NCBI GenBank assembly: GCA_951406725.2
Contig: OX597814.1
Span: 55,242,001-55,306,000, forward strand
Direction of reading: 5' to 3'
DNA length: 64,000 bases
Origin: Octopus vulgaris
Taxonomy: Eukaryota
Position numbers and translations under genes: made by a program
Shown here: positions 40,968-52,700 of the stretch, piece after piece
Layout of the letters: every line of letters begins with the position of its first letter
Position numbering within the stretch: position 1 is the first letter of the stretch
The notes under the pieces: generated by a model
The model's input: only the letters and a program-made list of their open reading frames with translations
What the model was told of the DNA's origin: nothing
The model's database searches: none

Positions 40968-42923
40968 AGACCCATTGAAGCTGATCTCTCTTTTCTTGAT
41001 AATATACCCAAGAGACCAGCAGCAATCAGGAAATTGAACAATGGAAAGGCCCCTGGTATGAATGGACTAGGTGCAGAGATATATAAATATGGTGGTGATC
41101 ATCTTTGTGCAATGTTAACAGATGTGATTCAGAGGGTTTGGCAAAGTGAAGAGGTTCCTCCGGATTGGTGTGATGCAACTATGGAGATATATAAATATAA
41201 AGATGGAAAGGATGTCAGTGATAATTATCGCGGCATCTGTCTGTTAGCTGTTGCTGGAAAGGTCCTCTGTAGGGTAATGCTGGATAGATTGCTTCTGCAT
41301 ATTGCTAATGAGGTTCTACCAGAATCGCTGTGTGTGTTTAGGGATAGTAGGAGTACTATGGATATGATATTTTCAGTTAGACAGTTGCATTGAACAGGAT
41401 ATGGACTTATACCAGGTTTTCACTGACATAATAAAGGCATTTGATTCTATTAATAGAATTGCACTTTGGGAGATCCCAAAAAAGCTAGGATGCCCTGAAA
41501 AATTTGTGAGAATGCTTAGACAATTTCATGACAAGATGGAAATGAGAGAATTTTGGAGGCACTTTATCAGATCCAATTTCTATAGAAAATGGTGTAAAGC
41601 AAGATGATATTCCTGCTCCTACACTGTTTTCTATATATTTCACGATAGTATTTGAAACAGCTTTTAAAGATTGCTCTGAAGGGGTCTATATAAGATATAG
41701 GACAACAGGAAAACTGTTCAATCTCAAAAGACTCTGTGACAAAACGTAAGTTCTGCATTCTCACCTTGTTGAGTTTCTGTATGCATATGATTGTGACCTG
41801 TTAGCACATTCTCAGAAAGATATGCAACACATGGTTAATATGATTTCTGCAGCATTGGGTCTAACAATCAATCTAAAAAAAAAACTGTTATAATGTACCA
41901 GCCTGTTCCCTCCAAGATGTATGTGGAACCTTTTATAACTGAATGGTCAAAGGTTGGAGACAGTACCTAGATTTATTTATTTAGGAAGTACCTTGAGCTC
42001 TGCTAGTCTTGATGATGGCATTTCATACAGAATCAGCAGGACTAGTAGTGCTTTTGGTAGGCTTGATAGGCATCTGTGGAAACAACATAATATATCTTCA
42101 CAAATTAAAGTTAAGGTATGTAACACATGCGTCCTCCCATCTTTGCTATAAGGAAGTGATACATGGGTTGTTTACGTAGGCTGGTAAGGCAATTGGAAAG
42201 ATTTCATCAATACTGTCTGAGAAAAATTTTGGGGATAAGCTGGAAAATGGCCATTAGTAATGTGGGGGTGCTTGAGAGGAGTGGCAGTAGAAGTATAGAG
42301 TCAATGATTTTGCAAAGACGTTTGAGGTGGTGGAAGTGGGGATTTGGTAAGGATGAGTGATGAGTGACTGCCCAAGCAGCTATTGTATGGTGAGCTGGAA
42401 GATGGCAGGAGACCAGCACATAAGCCTTAAGCTAAGGTTTAAGGATTGCCTTAAGTGCATGATGGTTGTTCAAGGTTTGAGAGGGAGAGAGTTAAGTATG
42501 AGAGAATTAGGATGGGGCTTAGAAGTGGAGAACCTGTGGAAAGTGAGAGAGTGTTGCTTTTTATGTGTGTGGCTTGTGGGAGGAGGTGTTTGAGTCATGC
42601 AGGCCTGGTGAACCATCAAAATTCTCATAGAAATCAACTCATGATAAACAATGATGTGGCTATTAAAATTCATAACAGAATGTGTGTAAAATGTGGAAGT
42701 GTGTGCCTCTCAGTTAGAGGTCTAAAAAGACATGTTAAGAGAGTGTATATGGTGACACCTGTTTCTCCAGCCAGCCAACACAGTTGTCTAGTATGTAATA
42801 AAATGTGTAAAAGCTTGGCTGGGCTTAAAAGTCATATAAGGGTATCACATGGCAACAACCATGAATCATTTCAGTAAGTCTTCTTGGCAATGGTTTTTCT
42901 TGTGTAACGAGGATGCAGCCGTG
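40968..42923 (+). mobile_element. 5'-truncated RTE (BovB-like) LINE: RT domain plus C-terminal C2H2 fingers, inactivated
   Basis: [49 protein letters not shown] (YADD mutated, about 41780), FIYLGS, LERFHQYCLRKILGISW; multiple frameshifts; inserted in a (TA)n tract. Confidence 0.95.
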
Positions 42924-43037
42924 ATATATACATAGGTATGTATATACGTGTGTGTGTGTGTATTAGACAAAATGAGATAACAAAGCCAAGGTTGTGAGTA
43001 GTTTTCAGGACGTTTATAAGGAAAAACATATAGATAT

Positions 43038-43125
43038 AGTCTTACAGCTGTTTCTAGGATATTTTAGCACTTACTTAGTGTTTACCTGCCACTCTTTGGG
43101 TCTTCTAGTTACCTATACCTCTCAT
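43038..43125 (-). ncRNA. Truncated hammerhead remnant with long stem II (Penelope-type pLTR fragment)
   Basis: Minus: ATGAgaggtatag...aaaatatccta GAAA CAGCTG TA agact. Palindromic stem III is intact, but the 5' core is cut to ATGA by a (TA)n run. Confidence 0.5.
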
Positions 43126-43327
43126 ATATATATATTTGAAACGTAGAAGACATCCTCACCTTCCTGAGCATCAAACTAATATACCTGCTTGTTCTTTATA
43201 CACATGTTTTCATCTTTTGTTTTTCTGTAAATTTCAACTATATGTGCATATATATATATACACACACATATATATGTATATATGTATGTGTATATATATG
43301 TTTATATATATGTATGTGTATCATAAT

Positions 43328-43640
43328 CATCATCATCATCGTTTAACGTCCGCTTTCCATACTGACATGGGTTGGACAGTTTGACTGAGGACTGGCGAGC
43401 AAGATGGCTGCACCAGGCTCCAATCTGATCTGCCAGAGTTTCTACAGCTGGATGCCCTTCCTAACGCCAACCACTCCGAGAGTGTAGTGGGTGCTTTTAC
43501 ATGCTACCGGCACAAGGGCCAGTCAAGCAGTACTGGTAACAGCCACGTTCAAATGGTGTATTTTCTGTGCCTCCTGCACAGGAGCCAGTCCAGCGGCACT
43601 GGCAATAACCTCACTCGAATGTTGTCTTTCACATGCCACT
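43328..43640 (-). mobile_element. (CAT)n-tailed SINE/RTE-tail element with short internal repeats
   Basis: catcatcgtttaacgtccgctttccat...gcccttcctaacgccaaccactccgagagtgtagtgggtgcttttac; CpGs retained. Confidence 0.85.
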
Positions 43641-43892
43641 TTTGTAAATTTATATATTTCATTTTTTAATTAATTAAAATTACTGAAGACTATCAAATTA
43701 TATTCTATAGTAGCTGAAGAGGATTTAAAAAATACAAAGTGTGAGTGTACAAGCATGAATGCTTGTATTTGATCACTAACGTTATATACAACACAATAAG
43801 AAAGGGTTTCTAGCAAAAAAGGCCAAAACCTTTCTTGGTATTCCACAAATGAAACCGAACACTGAACTTTTGGAATATATATGTATATATAG

Positions 43893-43956
<64 letters not shown>

Positions 43957-44061
43957 CTCTACCCTGGTATTTGAGTACTCTTTTTCCACCTTGTTTCACA
44001 TTTATGTGTTTACTCCGGTATATATATGTATATATATTTATATATACATATATGTATATAT

Positions 44062-44225
44062 GCGGGTGGCACGTAAAAAGCACCCACTACACTCACGGAG
44101 TGGTTGGCGTTAGGAAGGGCATCCAGCCGTAGAAACACTGCCAGATTTGACTGGGCCTGATGAAGCCTTCTGGCTTCACAGACCCCATGACCGTCCAACC
44201 CATGCTAGCATGGAAAACGGACGCT
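44062..44225 (+). mobile_element. Same SINE family in the opposite orientation
   Basis: gtaaaaagcacccactacactcacggagtggttggcgttaggaagggcatccagc...ggaaaacggacgctaaacgatgatgat. Confidence 0.85.
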
Positions 44226-44346
44226 AAACGATGATGATGATGATATGTATATATATAAAATTAAATAATGAGGGTAGAAATTGATATTAATCAATTAAAA
44301 CCAGTGGTTTACCATATTTAAAAAATCCGAAGATTAAAAATTATAT

Positions 44347-44544
44347 TACATACAAAATTAAGGGGAATGACCACTAAAGTGGACTCCTAATATGCTAAAT
44401 ATAGATGTCAAATCACCATTACCACGAAGAGTGTTTTCTCAAGAAGTTCCTTGAGAACACACTCATCGTGATAATGGTGATTTGATGTCTATATTTAGTA
44501 CATTAGGAGTCCACTTTAGTGGTCATTCCTCTTAATTTTGTATG

Positions 44545-44546
<2 letters not shown>
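44347..44546. repeat. About 200-bp near-perfect fold-back (arms about 97 bp, 6-nt loop)
   Basis: tacatacaaaattaaggggaatgaccactaaagtggactcctaa...ttctcaag-aagttc-cttgagaa...ttaggagtccactttagtggtcattcctcttaattttgtatgta. Confidence 0.95.
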
Positions 44547-44602
<56 letters not shown>

Positions 44603-44603
44603 C

Positions 44604-44685
<82 letters not shown>

Positions 44686-44755
44686 ATATATATATATATA
44701 TGTATGTACATATATGTATATATGTGTATATATATATGTATGTATGTGTGTGTGA

Positions 44756-44793
<38 letters not shown>

Positions 44794-44859
44794 GTAAATG
44801 CCTAACAACAAGAATGAATACTCAACACCACACTGGGGGATAGATTTTCTTTATTTGTG

Positions 44860-45043
44860 TATTAAGGCTACCAGTGGTTTCATGTTAAGAAAAATATCTC
44901 AATATCTTAATTTTTCAAGCCAATCACATGGAGGAATGGTGTTCATCTCTAAAATGGAGACAAACACCATTCCTCCATGTGATCAACTTGAAAAATTGTT
45001 ATGATATTAGGATATTTTTCTGAACATGAAACCAATGGTAGCC

Positions 45044-45049
<6 letters not shown>
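44860..45049. repeat. About 190-bp fold-back with GAAACCAnTGGTA (hammerhead stem III-like) at both outer ends
   Basis: tattaaggctaccagtggtttcatgtt...atcacatggaggaatggtgtt / aacaccattcctccatgtgat...aacatgaaaccaatggtagccctaata. Confidence 0.93.
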
Positions 45050-45080
<31 letters not shown>

Positions 45081-45463
45081 TGCTACTGATAATGCTAGTG
45101 TTTTTAACAGGTGCCTATCTAAGTTTTATCATTATTTATGCACAAAATTTAAAGAGGATGTTTTACTGGCTTTTTTTTATTAATATTCCTAATTCAACCA
45201 GTCTTAACAGTTAAGTGGATAAGTGTCTACATATCAACAATTAGAAATCAAAACCATAGATATTATACTTAATGGTATAATTATACTGGCATTGATGTAT
45301 AATTGATGAATCCTCCCTTAGTTCACAATATCTTATTGTGGCTAACTTAGCCTCACTCAGAGAATTTCCAAGCATTGTAGAAACCATACCAATAGATCTA
45401 GATTTCTCAGTGTAATCTAGTATGATTATTGTTTATTCTTTGATTATTCAAAATAATGCTACT

Positions 45464-46092
45464 TTAGAAAATTATTATTTGTAAATCTCACAACAAGAGA
45501 TATTCAGCAACACTACTTTGGAGTAAAAATTGTTTGCCAACATAATATAGCAGTCCTGGCTTAGGATGAATGTTGCTGTAATTTAGCCCCAGGAGACATC
45601 ATCTCCGGCAAGCTATATAACACAATCTGTGTCCTTATATTTTCGAACAAGGGAATCTAGCACCCCTACTCAGCTCAAAATAATATCTGTGTATCACAAT
45701 TTCCGGGTTATTTCCCTTCATCAGCACAGAATAATTGTTTGACTAGAGATGGCGCTGCTAAATTCCTGTTCGAAACATATAGTTTTCAAAGTGACAACTA
45801 GTTACTGATCTATAAATTAGAAAATTACTATTTGTAAATCTCACAAGAGATATTCAACAACAGTACTTTAGAGTAAAGATTTTTTGCCAACATAACATGG
45901 CATTCCTGGTTTAGGACGAATGTTGCTGTATTGTTTTGAGCTGAGTGGGAGTGCTAGATTCCCTTGTTCAAAAATATAAGGACACAGATCGTGTCGTATA
46001 GCCAGCAGAAGAAGATGCCTTCTGGGGCTAAATTACAGCAACATTTGTCCTAAACCAGGACTGCCATGTTATGTTGGTAAACAATCTTTACT
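45464..46092 (-). mobile_element. Penelope pLTR / retrozyme-like element: 353-bp unit, partial tandem copy and inverted segment
   Basis: 45464-45580 is repeated directly at 45817-45930; 45522-45685 is repeated inverted at 45929-46092; contains the hammerhead at 45686-45730. Confidence 0.8.
45686..45730 (-). ncRNA. Minimal type I hammerhead ribozyme
   Basis: Minus: TCTGTG CTGATGA aGGG aaataa CCCg GAAA T tgtg A TA CACAGA. 6-bp stem I, intact core, GGG/CCC stem II (10.1-11.1 pair is A/G), 2-bp stem III. Predicted cut between 45692 and 45691. Confidence 0.8.
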
Positions 46093-47654
46093 ATAAATCC
46101 ACTTGTTAAAATAAATTCTAAGCAGGTATTGCTGGAAGGACAGTAATATTTACACTAAATAAATCAGATTGGTTTGTTTGCTTTTGTTTAATATATATTG
46201 TTTAATATATATTGCTATCATGGTTGGGATAATTTTTGCAATTGTGAATATTTTAATATTTTAGGAGGCTTTGTTTAAACAGCTGATGACCTTCTTAACT
46301 GTTCAATCAATGAAAATAAGATCTCACATTAAAGAAAGTCTATTAACTATATAGCCATTTCAACTTCCATCACCACACTTAAGTTCTATATTTCAATAAA
46401 CATCACATTTGTGCATTTTAACCCTCAAACAACCTGCTAGTTATACTAGATAACAATAACCATTTGATAAAGAAATGCATGATGAAATTATACAGTGGAA
46501 ATATTTATCCAGAAATTTAATAAATTCCAAATCTGCAACCTATTAACAATAATAATAATAATAAAATTAACAACAAAGTAAAATGTTTAAATGGACAGCT
46601 TTAAATAAGACTATTAAATCAAAATGCATTATGAAAATGGCTGATATAAGAAAATAACAAAATATTGAGAGAAAAGAAACACAGTAACAAGAAAGATGCA
46701 ATTTGTTAAGTTATAACAAATGCACATAATGATTCAGTGTGAATTAATAAAAATGTTGAACTTCCTCACAGAAAAGGAGGATAAACCTCCTTATGTCACT
46801 TCCCTATCAGAAATAATTAACAAACTACAAAGCCATCATTAAGGTACCTTTCATTAAAAAAAAAAAGGCGTTTTCAAAATTTCAGCTCAGCCACTTAAGT
46901 TTGACTATAATTGTCAAGAGAGAAAAAAATTAAGACAAGAACCTTATTTACAAATATGTCAAAGAGATACAAAAAACATATGTGGTATCAATGATTTAAC
47001 ATATACTATCATACTTGTACTAGAAATATATTTTATTTCAGATACAAATGTAACACAGAACTTTCGACACAAGTTATTTTAATTAATTGACAACAATGTA
47101 AATGACTAATAAATCTGGTTCAAAATAATTATAAATATATATTTAAAATAATAAACATTGAGCACAGTAAAAATAATATTTCAAATTATTAAAATTAAAA
47201 CTCTAGTTATAAGAGTGGCAGGCAAATTCTATACAAGAAATGGGTGTTTAAGGGGAAAATGTGATTTACATGCAAGTTTCTCAAAAATGAGTCTAAAAAT
47301 ATCAAAATATAAACTTCTTTATTTTTTAATTCAGAATTCAAGTTTATGGTTTTTGGATTGGAAAACTTTCAAGCACAAATAAGTTCAGTAGCTTTATATA
47401 TATATATATATATAATGTGGTCAGCATTTTAAGATCCACTTTTCCCTTGCTAGCATAATCAGACTATTGAGACAATTATTCTATGATCAGATGCCCTCCC
47501 TATCTATTTACAAATATGTGTGTATGTATGTGCATGTGTGTATGTATGTATGTATGTATATATATATATATTGGCCAAGTCAGTCTCTGGCTACTCTGAG
47601 TCAACCAAAACAAAATGTAATATTTATTTCTACTATGGTAGCTAAACCTAAATG

Positions 47655-47757
47655 TGTATGTGTGTGTGTGTGTGCAAGGGTGTGAGTGTGTGTGTGTGTG
47701 CAAGGCTGTGAATGTGTGGGTGTGTGTATGTGCAAGGTTGTGAGTGTGTGTGCGTGT
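47655..47757. repeat. Minisatellite of about 3 units of (TG)n-caagg.tgtga
   Basis: tgtgcaagggtgtgag, tgtgcaaggctgtgaa, tgtgcaaggttgtgag. Confidence 0.7.
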
Positions 47758-50700
47758 ATATAACCATAGTAAGCCCTTCCTCTCTAAAATTAAATGAGAG
47801 AAATCTAACAAAAATTGAGTCATTGTGAACTTGATTAGCTACATCGTTTATCACAGTAACTGATAAAATAAAACATTAAAAAATAGATAATAAAAAAAAG
47901 TGAAATTGTTGTTGTTGCTATTATGGGTAAAGGAAATCCAATGGATCTTAACATTCTAGTCTTTAAAATAAAAATGGGCTATAAACAAGTTATCTTATAG
48001 AATGAACTGAAGAACATCATAATTATTTGCATTTGACTGCTACTTTTTAGCAGTTTATGTCATTTAGATTTCATGTCAATCAGTTCCAATTAATCCAACA
48101 ACTTATATGGGAGTCAAAAGTTTATATCAAAAACCATAAACCGAATTTAAAAAATGATCCAGAGTGAGTGTATGTCTGTGATATATAATATCCTCCTCTC
48201 AAAGAATAAACAAGTAAAATATGTTGAAACAACTTTTTTTTTTCAAATATCCATCCAAATTAAACAACTACATGATTACCTACTGCCACATATTTTCCCA
48301 GAACAATCAGGGAGGAATAACAGGGTAGTTCTAATGGTGAAAGGTGGAGGTTGTCATGCAAAATGCCTTACCACGTCTCAGAAGCCAAATGAAATGTAAA
48401 TGCTGCTTGAAGTAAATTGAAATAAGTTAGTGAAAAAATCCTTTTGTTAATTTTTTTTTTTTTTATGATTAAAAATAAGTATCATTTTACTGAATCTAGA
48501 TAAAGTTTAGAAAAATACTTGCTGAATCAGAATAGGAAAATGGAACAAAGATAACATATTTGTGTACTCCAAGTAAAAGAATTCAAAATGTGCCGTGTTT
48601 TTTAAAATTTCAATATGCAAGATTTGTATTTATATTAATTCATACTTCAGTGTAAAGTAACTCGTTTATTTTACAAAAAAAAAAAAAATGCTAACATGAG
48701 GTAAGAAATGTATAACAAACCTAGAAGAGCTTTAACAATAATATATGTTTAGTCAGATCAGTTTTAAATTAAATCCAAACAAATGTGAATTTGAAAGAAA
48801 CAGTTCAACAAACCATTTAGCTTAAATCCATCTAGCTCCGTATATAGTGCTTTTCAGCATAATATTGACAATTGACCTCAAGCAAAAATGTTTACAATTA
48901 CACCAAGTTGTCTCCAGAATCTTACTAAACATTATTATTATTATTATTTAGTAAAATCATGTAATGCTTATGTTTTAATATCAATGCTGTAGCTTTCAAG
49001 AGGAAAGAGGGAACATACTCAAGTGAATAGTGAACCTTATAAAGAATACAGTTATACTGAGTGTTAAATAAAAAGAAAATTAACCACTTCACTTTTTCAG
49101 AAATTATAACAAAAATTCATTTTTACATTAAATTTTCTGATTTATATTTGAGTCATATTTGATTAACAACAAAGTTAATTTTAATAGTTATATATTTACA
49201 GAACTATAAAACCAGTGATAACAGATTTGTAAAAGAATGGTTGTATAACCTGCTCAAACTATTTGAGATCTAATATTCAGAAAATATAAGAGTTATATAT
49301 GTGGTAACAGCCTTTTAACATTATTTTAATAAAGAAAGGGCTGAAGAAAAAGAAAAATGCTTAGTTCAAATAACAATATTTCTTACAAGTAAATTTGAAG
49401 AACTGATATAGTGATTTATCTGGTTAGTATGAGTGGTAGTTAACTGGAACATTGGTGAATCATTATTCAGTAATGTTTTCAAAGCATAAACAATTTAAAA
49501 TAAAGTTATCAGAGGGATTTTCCATATTAATCGAGTTTGACTATAATATTTCATTTTAGTTTACTCATTATTTTAAAATCTAAAACTTAACAGTAAATGA
49601 AATATCATAAACAGTATTTCCTTTAGCTAGAGTTTCTAGTCAGACCTCAGACAATATCTATTAAGAGATTGTTTTTCTACCATTGCCTCCCAACTTACTG
49701 AAACTACCTTACTGTTTACATAAATAAAACTACATCTTCTGCCTGTTTCATAAAATAGCAAAAGTAGAGACTATAAAACAAATTCAACAACTGAATACCA
49801 GAAGCACTTAGAATCTAAATGTGACCTTTCTAAATATCCATTATCAGAATAGAGGCAGAGATTTTGAATAGTTGAAGCGATGGATGACTTGGCTCAAAGA
49901 AATAATATTCTGACAGAAGTTGTCTTGCTTACTCTTTTAGTCAAAAATTATCAACCTAAAAATTGCTAACTAACAAGTTTAATTGCTGAGATTAGGCAAA
50001 ATATTCAACTTTAAAACAATGCAAATGTCCAAATCTACAATTTCCAATCAGTCTAGCAAATAAAATATGTGAAGACGATAAAATAAACTGTTTATCTTGT
50101 GAACAATAAACACATAATCAAACATTGCATCACTCTTACTCATCAACAATACTAAGTTTAAATGCTGAGCAAGTACAGAATTTTCCACGCTGCCAAAGTC
50201 AAGGCAGTATTTTCTTTTCAGAAGCAGAAAGCATTACAATCATGAATGCAGTTAATTCCTTTTTTCAAAGAAAAAAAAAAAAAAAATAGCGCATATGCTG
50301 ACCAAAGTACCTACTGTACATTCAGAAATACTAGATTACATCCAAGAAAAAGCTATCTACATGATTGGTATACATTTAATTAAAAATTCTCTGCTACCAT
50401 TAGCCTGTTTTGTTTTCTAAATGGCCTTTTGTTGCTGTGAATTTACTTGAAAAAGCTTCCATTCTGTTTTCTTACTAGTTTCTAACCTGAATCAATTCAT
50501 GTTGAATATCAAACAGACTAACCTCACCAATTATCCTTATGACTCTTAGACAGAGACATAAGAGGATGTATATCAGCAATGAGTACTGCCCCCAAAAAGA
50601 TATATAAGAATATCTTTATAGATTAAAGAATCCATGGCCATACTTAAGAAGATTTATTTAGAAAAACTCTTATAAGACAAATGGTCCAATATACTGGTCA

Positions 50701-51746
50701 ACCATTTTTATGCCAGAGAGAAGTAAAGATGCAAGCGCAATCTTTTGTGTGATTGCACACATACAAACACACTTTTCTATTCATTAGATGCAAATTTTAT
50801 TTTTCTTACAAAATTTTAAATAACACTCTTATGCTTTTTTGTTAGTTTGTAAAAATGACTTCATCTTAAGTGTAGAAACACCACTAGGTTTAACCATCAA
50901 AGTGTTAAGGGGCTGATTGTACAATACAAAGGCTGATTTCTATAGGCCAAAGAGTTGATAATGAAATTTAGGGGGTTTTTTTATAAATAAAAGAATTTTA
51001 TGATACTAAATGTAATCTATAAACAAAAATAAATACATTAAAAGCAAATTACAAAATCAAAATTAGTTAAAGATACAACAATACCAAGGTTTAAAACAAA
51101 ATAACAATGTACTTAGAATAATACAAAACAAACATAAGTAGAAATTGATAAAGGCCACACAATCTATCACATATTAGTATATATATATATACAATAGCAA
51201 TTACCTAGATTACTATTGATCAGTTAACTAGTTGATTGTATATCAATGGTAGGAAGAATAATAAATAATGAAACAGAAAAGAAAACAGTAGCAGCAGCAA
51301 AAATGTAAGCCAATGCAGACATCTGTTTACATGTATTAATCAAGTAGACTATCCACTTAGTTTCATATAAACACACCACTAAAAATATCTTGCCACATCA
51401 CACACAGCCTTGAATCAGACCAGCTTCATTAGTTTGAACAACTAAATCAGTTTCATCTGTACATATATTATTGCAGCATTTATTTAACTATTGATTTTTA
51501 ATGCCTGTTCTTAAAGGAATATAAGACAAGTGACAAGAGGGAGAAATTAATTCTATAATTAACTCAAGTCAGGAGATGCTAGACATGAAAGATATTTCTT
51601 AACATATTTCTACAATGGAGAAGAAGAAATAAAAGCAAATACACAGCTTAACATAGTTACTAACTTTGAACTAGTATTAGTTGTTAATTAGCTGCAGTAA
51701 TCTTAAATAAATGATGTAGTCAATCAAATGCCTAACAGCCACTTTA

Positions 51747-52700
51747 CAGGCCACACATATAAACCGCAACCGTTGACAACACTATCTTCATCATTATCAA
51801 CATTTGTTTGATGAGTGAAGAACCTATTTGAAATTGTTCAATGTTTATGGCACATCACTTCTTTGTACAACTCAGTGTAGAAACTGAGTCCAAAGTAAAC
51901 TCCTCCTGTGATTTTTGTTACATTCACAATTAGGGTTGCTGTAAGCAAAAACTTACTGACTTTCTTGTTAAGTACTAACTCTTCAGCAATATTCTTTAAA
52001 GTGAACTTAGAGTTGATGGAATTTCTATATTTGCATCTGTTTTCTCAGTTTGAGACACTAGCAACACAACCACGTCATCTCACATGGCATTTTCACATCT
52101 TACAACCCTACATCATTCACAAGTATCACAATATCTTTAAGAATTTAGAATAGTCTTTCTACTTGCGGAAGACTTATAAGTCATAAATACAGTCTAGGCA
52201 TTCACTTTTCCAAGCACCATTCAAAGTTGATGGTTTCACCTCATCCCATAACTCAGCTATGTTATCCACAGTTGAAACTTCTTCCAGAAGTCTTTAACTA
52301 TAGGTTTATCCTATCTGTCAATTGCTTTCATAAGTTGTTAGAAAGTTCTCAGATAATAAACCGTACAGTTAGCAAACACACCTTGATTCATGAGCTAGAG
52401 CAAAGAAATTGTATTCTTGGGGATATATATACTCTTACAGTGTTCACTGGGTGGTTTAGGGCATTCTCTGAAAGGAGCAATATTTTGTTGAAAATATGTC
52501 TGGTACTACAGCAGATATTTGTAAGCCACTCTTCAAAAAGGCCCTCTAAGTCATGGGCCTTTGTCATAAAGACTTTTGGTTTGTATGTTTTTAATTACTA
52601 TTGTGTTTATCAGTACATAACATCAAATCAGATTCTCAATCCATACACCCAAGAGCCATTCCATTTTAAATACCACATTATGTCAATGAAAATATAAGGC
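51747..52700 (-). mobile_element. Tigger/pogo (TIGD-like) transposase relic
   Basis: Minus fragments MEWLLGVWIEN (CENP-B HTH), LFEEW, KILLLSENALNHP, SLL*LMNQGVFAN, VKDFWKKF and LWDEVKPSTLNGAWK match the DDE_1 consensus (LLLDNAPGHP; QPMDQGVI). Possible TA|CAGG end at 51745-51750. Confidence 0.8.

Noticed and set aside
43714-44332. CTGAAGAggattt at 43714 potentially pairing with aaatccGAAG near 44325
   Set aside because: 600 nt apart across unrelated insertions; GAAA and stem III are absent.
44423-44472. CACGAAGA/CACGATGA near the centre of the first hairpin as a variant hammerhead core
   Set aside because: Lacks CUG and has no GAAA/stem III partner.
48372-48402. Possible small exon with a gtaagg donor on the minus strand
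   Set aside because: 31 nt, not frame-preserving, weak acceptor.
52227-52697. 156-aa plus-strand ORF
   Set aside because: Antisense shadow of the Tigger transposase relic.
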